A DNA stretch of 64,000 nucleotides from Patescibacteria group bacterium (GCA_042568205.1 JBHPJE010000007.1:35-64034), one strand, 5' to 3'; counted from the stretch's first letter, positions 35,583-45,521 are shown. Made by a program: numbers and translations. The notes: generated from the sequence alone by a model not told the origin.

Positions 35583-36254
35583 ATGGATGAACACCAACAC
35601 CATAATTTAGGAGAAGATATAAAAGATGAATTCAATGAAGCAACAGAAACTATAAAAGAAATGGCTCCTTCAGGAAAATTTGATGTTATGAAAGAATTAA
35701 AAGATGCAGTTGAAGTCGTAAAAATGAAAACTGAGAAAATCCACACAGTTGCAATGAGAAAAAGTGCAGCATTACCAGCGTTATTAATTATTTTAGCAGG
35801 AATTATAGCAATATTAGCAGGTGAATATTTAAATATTATTAGATTAAGTATGATGAGCCCTTTATTAGTTGCACCTACACCTATTTTAATGTTGCTTACT
35901 TCATTTTTAATATATTTAGTATCAACATTAGGAATAATTTTTGTTTATGAATTAATTGGAACACATATTTTTAAAGGAAAAGGGGATTTTGGACAATTAT
36001 TTAGAGTTATTGGATATGGAAATTTAATATTGATTGCTGCAATTGTACCTATTTTAAGGGGCGTTGCTCTTGTTTGGTATGGAATTATTGTATATGAAGC
36101 AATTAAACACATTAAACAACTTGAACCAATAAAAGCAGTTTTAACTATTATTATTTCAATGATTGTAGTTAGTTTGATTGCTGCAGTGATTTCATTACTA
36201 TTTGGGAATATAGTTATGGATATATATGGGTTGGGATTGTCTTATTTTAGATAA
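35583..36254 (+). CDS. Yip1-family integral membrane protein
   Basis: The 223-aa ORF has a soluble N-terminus and then five hydrophobic helices. The layout is typical of YIP1-domain proteins. Confidence 0.6.
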   Translation: MDEHQHHNLGEDIKDEFNEATETIKEMAPSGKFDVMKELKDAVEVVKMKTEKIHTVAMRKSAALPALLIILAGIIAILAGEYLNIIRLSMMSPLLVAPTPILMLLTSFLIYLVSTLGIIFVYELIGTHIFKGKGDFGQLFRVIGYGNLILIAAIVPILRGVALVWYGIIVYEAIKHIKQLEPIKAVLTIIISMIVVSLIAAVISLLFGNIVMDIYGLGLSYFR

Positions 36255-36324
36255 AAAGGTAAGATTAAGCCTTCAAAAAACGTTAATTTTATGCTATAAT
36301 TAACTGATTATAATGTTTTTATAA

Positions 36325-38091
36325 ATGGCTGAAGAAGAAGACAAAAAAAATCAGCAAAATAATCCAGCAAAACCTGTAAAAGATCAGGGTAGTAAACCTG
36401 TGTCTGATGATCAGGCTAATTTTAAGAAAAAGCGTAGAAGAAGACCTAGAAAAAAGAAAAAACCAAGTACAGAAGCTGAGGTAAAAGAAACCCCTAAAAC
36501 TCGACCTGAGCCAGAACAGGAAAATATACCCAAAAAGAAACGAAGAAGACGTCCTAGAAAAAGAAAACCAAAAACAGAAGAACCTGTAGAGGAATCACCT
36601 TTTGCTGATGAAGATATTTTTTCAATAGATGATGAGCAAGCTCCAGAAGAGAAAGCACCCACTATTGATGAGGAAGTCCCATTGGATACTTCAATGGACG
36701 AGGATACTTCAATGGATGAGGATATATTTTCAGACGAAGAAGTAACTTCAGAAATTGAACCAGAAATTGAAACAGAAATTGAAACAGTGGAAGAAGATAC
36801 AGATGAACAATTTCTTGCTAGTGATGATAGTACAGATTCAACTGAAGAAGAATTGCTTGAAGAACCAGCTGCGACTCCTTCAGTACCAGCTGAAGTTCAA
36901 CCTCCTCCAGAATTACCTGATGAAATTGCACCTGAAGAACCTACGCCAGAAAAAGATAAATCTTCAGATTTTGCTTTAAAAGAAGAAGAAGCACAAGGAC
37001 CTGTTGGATGGAATCAACTAAAAGATGCAATAAAACAAGATCATGTAGAAACAGAGCAACAAATGGATGCAGGAGTTATGCCTGTTCCAGTCCCAGTTGC
37101 TGAAACTGCAGAGCCTGAAGAAGAAGCTCCTGAAGAAGAAACTTTTGTAGAACCTGCATCTGAACCTGAGGCGATTCCTGAAGTAGAGCCAGTACCTATT
37201 ACAGAACAACCTGCTGAAGAATTAGCAGCAGATGAAGATGCTGAGAAACAAGAAATAGTTAAAATAATTATAAAGTATGCTTTAGGAGGATGCGCAGTAA
37301 TTGCGATTATTGCAGGTATTTTCTTATTCAAAATTCCCCAAACAATCATAGGATTTTCACAAGATTTACTAAATGATGGTGAAACAAAACAAATTGATCA
37401 AGTTGAAGATACAGTTTCTGATATAACATCAAAACCTGATACTACAAGACCTGATTCAGATATTAAAGATGGGACAGGAACAGCATTGATTTCTGGAGAT
37501 CAGATACCAAAAGTAAAAAAGGTTCCAACATCTGTTCAAACAGTATTTAAAATTGGACTTCCAGAGGTTCAAGTTTCAGATTCGGATAGAATTGCGACTT
37601 ATTTAAACGTTCTCAATGAACTACAAAATGGCTTTGAGACTGATATAAATCAATTGTTAGACGCTGCTAATAACAGAGCTAGTGCAATTTCTATTCATTT
37701 ACGTGAACTTAATGGACTTTTAGCTGAAGCTCAGTTTACTTATGAAAATTTAAAAGAAGAAGCTGATGAAATTAAAGTTCAATACAATAAAGTTTCAAAT
37801 GAAAAAGACATTTTAGAGGAATCATTCTTTGTTTCTTTAGATAGTCTTCAATCAAATGAATCAAACCAAATTCTTAATGAATTTGTTGAAATTTCAAAAG
37901 CTCAAATTAATTTAAAAGCCGAATTTAATGCTCTTACTAAGATATCTGGCATGTACGATACTGCACTTAATAATATGGAGGCGAGAATTAAAGATATCCA
38001 GGCAAATAAAGAAGCATTGGTTAAAGGAGTGAAAATTGTGGACATTAAAGGATCTGATTTAGATTTGATTATTCAAGAAGGGGAACTATAA
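36325..38091 (+). CDS. hypothetical bitopic membrane protein with a polybasic/acidic disordered N-terminus and a coiled-coil C-terminus
   Basis: The 588-aa ORF has a duplicated KKKRRRRPRK patch (36424-36465 and 36532-36572). It also has acidic repeats (TSMDEDTSMDED, EIEPEIETEIET) and one TM helix (ALGGCAVIAIIAGIFLF). The C-terminal half is heptad-like. Confidence 0.55.
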   Translation: MAEEEDKKNQQNNPAKPVKDQGSKPVSDDQANFKKKRRRRPRKKKKPSTEAEVKETPKTRPEPEQENIPKKKRRRRPRKRKPKTEEPVEESPFADEDIFSIDDEQAPEEKAPTIDEEVPLDTSMDEDTSMDEDIFSDEEVTSEIEPEIETEIETVEEDTDEQFLASDDSTDSTEEELLEEPAATPSVPAEVQPPPELPDEIAPEEPTPEKDKSSDFALKEEEAQGPVGWNQLKDAIKQDHVETEQQMDAGVMPVPVPVAETAEPEEEAPEEETFVEPASEPEAIPEVEPVPITEQPAEELAADEDAEKQEIVKIIIKYALGGCAVIAIIAGIFLFKIPQTIIGFSQDLLNDGETKQIDQVEDTVSDITSKPDTTRPDSDIKDGTGTALISGDQIPKVKKVPTSVQTVFKIGLPEVQVSDSDRIATYLNVLNELQNGFETDINQLLDAANNRASAISIHLRELNGLLAEAQFTYENLKEEADEIKVQYNKVSNEKDILEESFFVSLDSLQSNESNQILNEFVEISKAQINLKAEFNALTKISGMYDTALNNMEARIKDIQANKEALVKGVKIVDIKGSDLDLIIQEGEL

Positions 38092-38141
38092 TAGTAGTTC
38101 CAACGACCTGTTAATTAGTTGGATGTAACTTTTTTTATTTT

Positions 38142-40337
38142 ATGGATCCGGAATTCAAATCACTTTTAAAAAGGGTAAAAGAATATAATAGCGCAGCAGA
38201 CTTAGAACGCTTAGAATCTGCGTATAACTATGCAAAAAAGAATTATGAAGGACATGTGAGAAAGTCTGGAGATCCTGTTATTTTACACACTTTAGAGACA
38301 GCTAAGATTCTTACAACTCAAAAAGTTGATGATGATACGCTTGTAGCTGCTTTATTGCATGAACTTCCAGGTTATACAAATATTAAATCTAAAGATGTAG
38401 GAAGCAAATTTGGACATAAAGTAGGAGTTTTAATATCTGCTTATGAAAAAATGAGCTCTATTAAAACGTCAAAAGAAGCAAATGAGTTAGAAACTCTTAG
38501 GAAAATGTGTTTAGTAATGGCAAAAGATCTTAGAGTTGTGTTAATTAAGCTTGCTGATCGTTTGCATAACTTACAAACACTTGAATCTTTACCATCTGAT
38601 GAAAGAAAAAAAATTGCAAAGGAAACTTTAGATATTTTTGTGCCAATTGCATCAAGATTAGGTGTTTATAGACTTCGATCTATAATTGAAGATCTTTGTT
38701 TTAAATTTTTAAATGAAAATGAGTATAAAAATATTCAGGATCAATTAAAAATTCTTGGTAAAAAACGGAAAAACAGTATTGATGAAATTACAACTGCTGT
38801 GAAGGACTTTTTAGAAGAAAAAAGTATTGATGCTCGAGTTGCAGGAAGAATAAAAAACAGTTATAGCATCTATAAAAAGCTCAAGAAGAAGGGAAAAAGT
38901 TCGATTGATGAAATTCATGATATTTTTGCGATAAGGATTGTTATTCCAACAAAAGAAAGCAAGGATGGCGAAGAAAGTGTCGCATCTTTGTATGAATTAA
39001 TTGGGAATTTTCATAATAAATGGAAACCTTTACCAGGAAGATTCAAAGATTATGTTGGATTTCCAAAACCTAATGGATATAGAAGTTTACATACAACTGT
39101 AATTGGCCTTGCTCCTCACTCTTTTAAGGAACCGGTAGAAATTCAGATTAGAACTGAAAAAATGCATGAGGAAGCTGAATATGGTGTTGCATCGCATTGG
39201 TTATATAAAGAATCAAAAGGTAATGCAGGTGTGCATAAGGCTCATGTTGAGTGGATTAAAAGTCTTGCTCAATTTAGTGAAAACATGGAGTCAGATAATA
39301 AAGATGAAGTAATGAATGAGCTAAAAGTTGATATTTTTCAGGATAGAATTTTTGCATTTACACCAAATGGTGATGTTAAGGATTTGCCTGCAGGATCAAC
39401 TCCAATAGACTTTGCCTATGCAATTCATTCGGATGTAGGAAATAAGTGCGTAATGGCAAAAGTTAATAGCAATGTGGTGCCATTAAATTATGAATTACAA
39501 AATGGAGATGTTATTGAAATAATTACTAGAAATAATACTAAACCAAAACTTGAATGGCTTTCTTTTATTAAAACTTCAAGTGCGAAAACTAAAGTTAAAT
39601 CATTTTTTAATAGTTTTGATCAAGATCAGAATTTTCGACAAGGTAAAGAAATTCTAAATAATAAACTTGAACAATTTGGTAAACCAAAACTTGATCCAAA
39701 GTTAACAGTTTTGAAAAATGTCGGTGATAAACGATTAAATTTTAAAGAACGTGAAGAAATGGTCAAGCAGATTGGAAATGGTTCGATCTTGCCTTCTTCA
39801 GTTATTTGGAAGGTGTATTCTTATGAAGATTTCGTGAGTAGTAAAAGTGAAAATATTGTTAATAAATTATCAGTTGAACCCACTGAAAAGGACTTCGGTA
39901 AGCATATAATGGTTGGTGGTGAAAAAGGATTACCAATTAAAATAGCACAATGTTGCAAACCCGCATTTGGTCAGCCAATTGTTGGATATATTACTCGTGG
40001 AAGAAATACATCTATTCATAAAAAGAACTGTAAAATTCTCAAATTAAGCAATGATGAAAGAAAATTAAGTGCTAAATGGATTGGCGCACCTGAGGAAGAA
40101 TTAAAACAAGTCTCATTAGTTGTTGAAACAATTGGAGATACTTTAATTATGCGTGAGGTAACTAAGGCAGTTAATAAATGTAATGGAAATATTTTAAATT
40201 TTCATATAGAAAAACAGGAAAGTAATAAAATTTTGTGGGATTTGATTATTGAAATTGAAGAGTTCATGCAATTTGAAAAAATTCTAGATGAAATATTAAA
40301 TTCACCTGGAGTAAGATCTGTTAGAAAGAAGAATTAA
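38142..40337 (+). CDS. relA: RelA/SpoT-family (p)ppGpp synthetase with a degenerate hydrolase HD motif
   Basis: The 731-aa ORF has intact synthetase motifs (RIKNSYSIYKKL, DIFAIRIV, GYRSLHTTV, EIQIRTEKMHEEAEYG) plus TGS and ACT regions. The hydrolase signature LHDVVEDT reads LHELPGYT (from 38355). Confidence 0.88.
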   Translation: MDPEFKSLLKRVKEYNSAADLERLESAYNYAKKNYEGHVRKSGDPVILHTLETAKILTTQKVDDDTLVAALLHELPGYTNIKSKDVGSKFGHKVGVLISAYEKMSSIKTSKEANELETLRKMCLVMAKDLRVVLIKLADRLHNLQTLESLPSDERKKIAKETLDIFVPIASRLGVYRLRSIIEDLCFKFLNENEYKNIQDQLKILGKKRKNSIDEITTAVKDFLEEKSIDARVAGRIKNSYSIYKKLKKKGKSSIDEIHDIFAIRIVIPTKESKDGEESVASLYELIGNFHNKWKPLPGRFKDYVGFPKPNGYRSLHTTVIGLAPHSFKEPVEIQIRTEKMHEEAEYGVASHWLYKESKGNAGVHKAHVEWIKSLAQFSENMESDNKDEVMNELKVDIFQDRIFAFTPNGDVKDLPAGSTPIDFAYAIHSDVGNKCVMAKVNSNVVPLNYELQNGDVIEIITRNNTKPKLEWLSFIKTSSAKTKVKSFFNSFDQDQNFRQGKEILNNKLEQFGKPKLDPKLTVLKNVGDKRLNFKEREEMVKQIGNGSILPSSVIWKVYSYEDFVSSKSENIVNKLSVEPTEKDFGKHIMVGGEKGLPIKIAQCCKPAFGQPIVGYITRGRNTSIHKKNCKILKLSNDERKLSAKWIGAPEEELKQVSLVVETIGDTLIMREVTKAVNKCNGNILNFHIEKQESNKILWDLIIEIEEFMQFEKILDEILNSPGVRSVRKKN

Positions 40338-40960
40338 GAAGCTAATGCTAAGAAATTATCAGTAGTTTGTTTGAGTTGTTCTTTTTGCTGTTTGTTTAAT
40401 CTTACATTTTGGATATTTTCATACGTAGCACTATATAAAGTATTCAAAGTTTGCTTTAAGCTCTCATCAAAATGTTGAAATTCAGTATTTTTCAAATCCT
40501 CTAAATCTGGCAGAGAGCCTAGTAAATCGCAGAATTTAATTTTAAAAGATTCAAAGATTACATCTTCTTTTGGATATTTTTCTAATGCATTAAAAGTTCC
40601 AATGCATAAATTGTAAATATCTTCTGAATTTTCATTTTCATTTGTAAATTTTATTAAAATTTTAGCAATAAGTGATGAAAAGAAGAATTTTTTTAAATCT
40701 TTGCTAAAATTTGGGAAGTTTTTTTTGAGACTGCATTCCGTGACTATGTTACTTCCGGGTCCATCATAGATTTCAAAGTCACAAACATTCAAAAGGTCGA
40801 GGTGTCCGGTAAATTTGCTTTTAATATTACGTGCACCTTTTGCATATGCATCAATTTTTCCAAAAAACGGACTTAATATTAAAACAGCACAATTTTTTTC
40901 ATTAACTGCGTTTTTTCTAATTACTATTCCAGGCGTTTTCTTTGTACGCATGGTTATCAA
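40334..40960 (-). CDS. recO: DNA repair protein RecO
   Basis: The 208-aa ORF has an N-terminal OB-fold pattern (GIVIRKNAVNEKNCAVLILSPFFGKIDAYAKGAR). It is short, as in reduced genomes. Confidence 0.75.
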   Translation of the reverse strand: MITMRTKKTPGIVIRKNAVNEKNCAVLILSPFFGKIDAYAKGARNIKSKFTGHLDLLNVCDFEIYDGPGSNIVTECSLKKNFPNFSKDLKKFFFSSLIAKILIKFTNENENSEDIYNLCIGTFNALEKYPKEDVIFESFKIKFCDLLGSLPDLEDLKNTEFQHFDESLKQTLNTLYSATYENIQNVRLNKQQKEQLKQTTDNFLALAS

Positions 40961-41928
40961 TCAAGTATTAATTTAGTTCGAAGATATCTGTAAACCGCTA
41001 TAAAGCTGCAAATAATTCCTAAAATAACTGTTGCTGCCAGTTCAATTGCGAAAAGAGTAAGGAAAGGAATATTTCCCAGATATTCACTTATATTGACTTG
41101 AGCAATATTAATCTGACTAATCATAACTGCAGTTAAGCCTGTAGAAAGCAGAATAGCTATGAGTCCATAAAATAATCCTTCAAATAAAAACGGCAGGCTT
41201 ATGAAGTGTTTAGTTGCACCTACAAGTCTCATTATATAAATTTCTCTTTGTCTGTTATATATAGTAAGTTGAATTGAATTTGAAATAATTAATACGGATC
41301 CTAAAATAAATACAACAAAAACCCAAAACACAATTTGATTTGAAGTTTTGGATAAATTAATAAGATTTTCAGTCACTGCATCCATTGCAGAAGACTTTTC
41401 TTCAGATTCAGAAATTACATTTGCCAATAAATGCCTGTATTTTTCCTGATTTAAAAATTGCTGTACCAGAAGGTGATATTCAGGTTTTTCTGTAGTCACA
41501 TTTATACTTGGTGGTAGGGGATTATCAACTCCGTATCTACTTAAAAATTCAGCTGTTTTTGGATGAGTCTTTGAAACTATTTGAAGTGCTTCTGTTTTTG
41601 AAGTGTATGTTACATCTGTAATTTCATTTAAAGCTTCCATTTCATTAATCATCTGTTGTACCTCGTAATACTCAACATTATCTTTTAAATAAACTACAAT
41701 ATCTACTTTTTGAGTTAAATCCGTTAAAGCAGATTGAGTAACAAAGTGAATTCCTAAAACAATATTAAAAATAAAAATCAAAACTGACATAACTAAAATA
41801 GTTGCAGCAGATAAAAACTTATTTCTCCACATATTCGCAAAACTAAGCTTTAGAGCTCTTAATACTGGTTCGTGCAGTGTATATTTCTTAATATCCACCT
41901 TTTTAAGCGATTTCTTCTTTTTCTTCAT
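40957..41928 (-). CDS. ftsX: cell-division permease-like protein FtsX
   Basis: The 323-aa ORF has an FtsX-type N-terminus (ANMWRNKFLSAATILVMSV), a large extracytoplasmic loop and three C-terminal TM helices. No ftsE lies next to it. Confidence 0.78.
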   Translation of the reverse strand: MKKKKKSLKKVDIKKYTLHEPVLRALKLSFANMWRNKFLSAATILVMSVLIFIFNIVLGIHFVTQSALTDLTQKVDIVVYLKDNVEYYEVQQMINEMEALNEITDVTYTSKTEALQIVSKTHPKTAEFLSRYGVDNPLPPSINVTTEKPEYHLLVQQFLNQEKYRHLLANVISESEEKSSAMDAVTENLINLSKTSNQIVFWVFVVFILGSVLIISNSIQLTIYNRQREIYIMRLVGATKHFISLPFLFEGLFYGLIAILLSTGLTAVMISQINIAQVNISEYLGNIPFLTLFAIELAATVILGIICSFIAVYRYLRTKLILD

Positions 41929-42352
41929 TCTGAATTTTTAATAAAGTTGATTTATAGATTCCAGGTTTATACGGATCAAGTCGAATAATTTCTGTATCCA
42001 TATTCTCATCTATTATCATTTTATTCAACTTATAAGTAAATACAAATTGATCATAGCCGAGTGCAATTACATTTGGTTTGAACTTTTTGATCACTCTATA
42101 CTTATCATCATTGTATCCAATCACAACTTTATCAGCAATTTCAGTTTCCCTGACGGCATTTGCACGCTTTTTTTCAGTGCCTTGAGGATATTCACCTTTT
42201 ACATTCTTTACAGTTGCATCACGAGCAATTACAGCAATCAAATAATCACCTAGTTCTCGTGCTTGTTGTAAAAAATGTTCGTGTCCGGCATGAAAGACAT
42301 CAAAAGTCCCAAAAACCATAACAATTTTTTGTGTCTGTTCTGCGTGAGTCAT
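41903..42352 (-). CDS. cytidylyl/adenylyltransferase-family protein, archaeal RibL-like FMN adenylyltransferase
   Basis: The 149-aa ORF has GTFDVFHAGHEHFL..ARELGDYLIAVIARDATVKNVKG...KPNVIALGYDQ. This aligns by eye with the archaeal RibL pattern GTFDxxHxGH..LGDxLIVxVARDxTVK..KG...KPDxIxLGxDQ. A TagD-like cytidylyltransferase is the alternative. Confidence 0.55.
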   Translation of the reverse strand: MTHAEQTQKIVMVFGTFDVFHAGHEHFLQQARELGDYLIAVIARDATVKNVKGEYPQGTEKKRANAVRETEIADKVVIGYNDDKYRVIKKFKPNVIALGYDQFVFTYKLNKMIIDENMDTEIIRLDPYKPGIYKSTLLKIQNEEKEEIA

Positions 42353-42705
42353 TAGAATCTGTCAGGAATAAATAAATTAAGGTACACAAGTATAGCAAAA
42401 AGTATGATAATTAAAACCAAAAATACCAAATTGCTGATTTTATGGTTTTTTTCAGAAGTTGTGAAGCTTAGTTTGATGCTAATAAAGCCGTAAACAGCAG
42501 CTGTTAATATGAAGGGTATTTCTAAAATCTTCTTTGCTGTAAGTGCTAAATCGTACGCATAGTCATTTAAAATCATTAAATGAGCAAGAATATGGACGAA
42601 TCCAATCAATAAAAAGAAAATAAGTGCGACTTTTTGTATATTTTTTTCGAGTTTCATGGGACTTGGTTGAATGCTATATCCAAAATGACTGCAAAAATCA
42701 TTCAA
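42352..42705 (-). CDS. hypothetical small membrane protein (117 aa)
   Basis: The ORF has three hydrophobic helices. It is the first gene of the co-directional ribL-like/ftsX/recO string and overlaps the next gene by 1 nt. Confidence 0.45.
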   Translation of the reverse strand: MNDFCSHFGYSIQPSPMKLEKNIQKVALIFFLLIGFVHILAHLMILNDYAYDLALTAKKILEIPFILTAAVYGFISIKLSFTTSEKNHKISNLVFLVLIIILFAILVYLNLFIPDRF

Positions 42706-42807
42706 ATTTGATATAGGAGTTGAGAGTCAAACTCACTTTGGCATTATAAAATTATTAACATTTTTTGTAAATTGCGCTAAACTGCCTTTTGTATATAGTT
42801 TTTTATT

Positions 42808-43098
42808 ATGATTTCAGAAGAACAAGTAAAACACGTCGCAAAATTAGCCCGATTAAACTTAACTGATGAAGAAGTTAAGACATTTTCTGGGCAGTTTGAG
42901 GAAATTTTTGGATACATCGAAATCTTAGATGAAATCGATACGTCGGATGTTAAAGAAACGTCTCAGGTAACTGGTTTAGAGAACGTTGCTGAATCTGACG
43001 AAGTTGTTCGAAAATGTTCAGGAGATGACCTTTTAGCATGCTCTCCTTTACCAAAAGAACGAAAACAAATTCGAGTAAAACCAGCAATTAAAAAGTAA
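42808..43098 (+). CDS. gatC: Asp/Glu-tRNA(Asn/Gln) amidotransferase subunit C
   Basis: The 96-aa ORF has VKHVAKLARLNLTDEE and lies immediately upstream of gatA. Confidence 0.9.
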   Translation: MISEEQVKHVAKLARLNLTDEEVKTFSGQFEEIFGYIEILDEIDTSDVKETSQVTGLENVAESDEVVRKCSGDDLLACSPLPKERKQIRVKPAIKK

Positions 43099-43099
43099 T

Positions 43100-44527
43100 A
43101 TGGATTTATCAAAATTAACTATAGAACGAGTTCACGAGGGCCTTAAAAATAAGGAGTTTTCTTGCGTTGAATTAACGAAAGCTCACTTAGAGCAAGCAAA
43201 GGCTGAAAACGAGAAATTTAATTTTATGGTAACGATTACTGAAGAAGAAGCGCTTAAACAAGCGGAAAAAGTTGATAAAAAGATCGCTGACGGAGAAGAG
43301 ATCGGTCTTTTAGAAGGAGTTCCTTATTGTTTAAAGGATATTTTTTGTACAAAAGGTGTAAAAACTACGTTTGCTTCGAATATTGCTAAGGATTTTGTGC
43401 CTCCATACGATGCAACAGTTGTTAGAATGTTGAAAGATGAGGGTTGTGTTTTGATTGGTAAGACAAATATGGATGAATTTGCGTGCGGAGCTTCAACAGA
43501 ATATTCAGTTCATGGTCCTGCAAAGAATCCTATTAATCCAGAGTATGTTACTGGAGGTTCATCAGGAGGATCAGCAGCTGCAGTCGCAACTAATTCATGT
43601 GTTTTTAGTTTAGGAACTGATACTGGAGGTTCGATTAGACAACCTGCTAGTTTTTGTGGGATTGTAGGGCTTAAAAATACTTACGGAAGAGTTTCGCGAA
43701 GTGGAGTTAATTCCATGGCATCATCTTTAGATACAATTGGTCCTTTTGCAAGAAATTGTAAAGATGCAGCTTATGTTTTAAGTAAAATTGCAGGTCAAGA
43801 TGTGAATGATTCAACAACGGTGCCAGAAGAAGTACCTGATTATGTTGGAAAAATCGATGGAGATATTCGTGGACTTAAAATCGGAGTTCCAAAAGAGTTT
43901 TTTGACGATAAAGTTGATAAAGAAGTGAGCGATGCGGTTAAAGATGCTTTGAAAAAGTTGCAAGATAACGGTGCAGAGCTTATTGAAGTTGATTTCCCAT
44001 CTATTAAATATGCGATTGCAGTTTATTATATTCTTTGTCCAGCTGAATTAAGTGCAAATCTTGCGCGATTCGATGGAATTCGATACGGAAGCAAACCAGA
44101 AACCGAAGGAGATGGGCTTGTTGATTATTATTTCAATGCTCGTGGTGAAGGATTCGGACAAGAAATCAAACGTCGAATAATGATTGGTACTTATGTATTG
44201 AGTGCAGGATATTATGATGCTTACTATAAAAAGGCGCAAAAAGTGCGAACAATGATTATTGAAGAAGTGAATCGAATTTTCGAAAAAGTTGATGTGATGG
44301 TTGGACCAACTTCACCATTCCCAGCGTTTAAAATAGGCTCAAAGTCGGGTGATCCACTCCAGATGTACCTTGCGGATGCCTTAACTGTGCCAATAAATAT
44401 TGCAGGAGTTCCTTCATTGAATATTCCGGTTGGGGAAAATGGTGAGGGTTTGCCGATTGGAATGCAAATTATTGGACCTCAATTTTCAGAAGATTTGATT
44501 TTGAAGGTGGGAAATAAGTATTCGTAA
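43100..44527 (+). CDS. gatA: Asp/Glu-tRNA(Asn/Gln) amidotransferase subunit A
   Basis: The 475-aa ORF has the amidase signature GGSSGGSAAAVA..LGTDTGGSIRQPA. Confidence 0.95.
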   Translation: MDLSKLTIERVHEGLKNKEFSCVELTKAHLEQAKAENEKFNFMVTITEEEALKQAEKVDKKIADGEEIGLLEGVPYCLKDIFCTKGVKTTFASNIAKDFVPPYDATVVRMLKDEGCVLIGKTNMDEFACGASTEYSVHGPAKNPINPEYVTGGSSGGSAAAVATNSCVFSLGTDTGGSIRQPASFCGIVGLKNTYGRVSRSGVNSMASSLDTIGPFARNCKDAAYVLSKIAGQDVNDSTTVPEEVPDYVGKIDGDIRGLKIGVPKEFFDDKVDKEVSDAVKDALKKLQDNGAELIEVDFPSIKYAIAVYYILCPAELSANLARFDGIRYGSKPETEGDGLVDYYFNARGEGFGQEIKRRIMIGTYVLSAGYYDAYYKKAQKVRTMIIEEVNRIFEKVDVMVGPTSPFPAFKIGSKSGDPLQMYLADALTVPINIAGVPSLNIPVGENGEGLPIGMQIIGPQFSEDLILKVGNKYS

Positions 44528-44529
44528 CT

Positions 44530-44790
44530 ATGAAAAATATTATGAAAAAATCTAAAATATATTTAGTCATCATATTTGTAATTATTCTTTTAATTGCTAT
44601 TGATTTAGGATTATTTAGAAAATTTGCTCCTAACAATTATTCAGTAATAAGACATTTATACTGCATTACAGTAAAGCAGGAAAATTACGATCACATTTCG
44701 TCGTCATATCGCTCATCTGATTCTTCAGTAGATTATATGGGTATTTATCAATGTGGAAATGAGTATCATGATACTCATCCTCTTGTTTAG
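44530..44790 (+). CDS. hypothetical small membrane protein (86 aa)
   Basis: The ORF has one N-terminal TM helix. Support is weak. Confidence 0.35.
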   Translation: MKNIMKKSKIYLVIIFVIILLIAIDLGLFRKFAPNNYSVIRHLYCITVKQENYDHISSSYRSSDSSVDYMGIYQCGNEYHDTHPLV

Positions 44791-45521
44791 TTTCTAAACT
44801 GCCCCGCAAACTCCCAGACCATTTTAAATATGGTTCTTTGCGTTTCTGCTATTTCTGTTGATTTGATTATCATGCCGATTAGGCCTTCGTTGAAGGAGAT
44901 GATTGAGATTTTATTATCGTAAATATTGATTTCGTTTGAGAAGTTGTATTTGTTTCGGGGAATTAGACGAATATTTCTGTTGTATTTGCGGTTTTCTTTT
45001 TTAACTTTAAGTCCGGCTTCGTCGAGTGGGGCGATTCCGCGAAGATAGATTCCTTTTTTTGCACGTTTTTCAACATATTCTTTGTCATAATCTGGCCAGA
45101 ACTCACGAATTTCCTCAGAATTGGCGTAATTGAGGATTTCAGTCTTGCTCCTGAGTGTATCTTCATAAATTGCTTTAATACCGTTAATACCTTCAAAATA
45201 ACGTATAGTTGGATGAGGTGTTTCACCATGCAATCGTTTTAATTCAGGAAGAACGTTTTTTAGATCATTAGTTCGTTGGTGGGTGATTTTATAAATCGTA
45301 TCTGGTTTAACAGCTGTAAAATATTTTATTTTATTTTTTGTGAAATAATTTATATAACCTTTCTTAATTAACTTTTCTAAAATGTCATAAGTTGTAACTC
45401 TGTTTACATGAGACTGTCTGGCAATATCTGAAACAGGGGATGATCCTAATTCTAAATTTGCTAAATAAATGTTTGCTTCTTTCTCTGTTAGTCCTAGATT
45501 TTTTAGAACATCGATGATCAT
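44787..45521 (-). CDS. TrmB-family transcriptional regulator
   Basis: The 244-aa ORF has the N-terminal winged-helix pattern LGLTEKEANIYLANLELGSSPVSDIARQSHVNRVTTYDILEKLIKKG. It is divergent from glnA. Confidence 0.75.
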   Translation of the reverse strand: MIIDVLKNLGLTEKEANIYLANLELGSSPVSDIARQSHVNRVTTYDILEKLIKKGYINYFTKNKIKYFTAVKPDTIYKITHQRTNDLKNVLPELKRLHGETPHPTIRYFEGINGIKAIYEDTLRSKTEILNYANSEEIREFWPDYDKEYVEKRAKKGIYLRGIAPLDEAGLKVKKENRKYNRNIRLIPRNKYNFSNEINIYDNKISIISFNEGLIGMIIKSTEIAETQRTIFKMVWEFAGQFRN

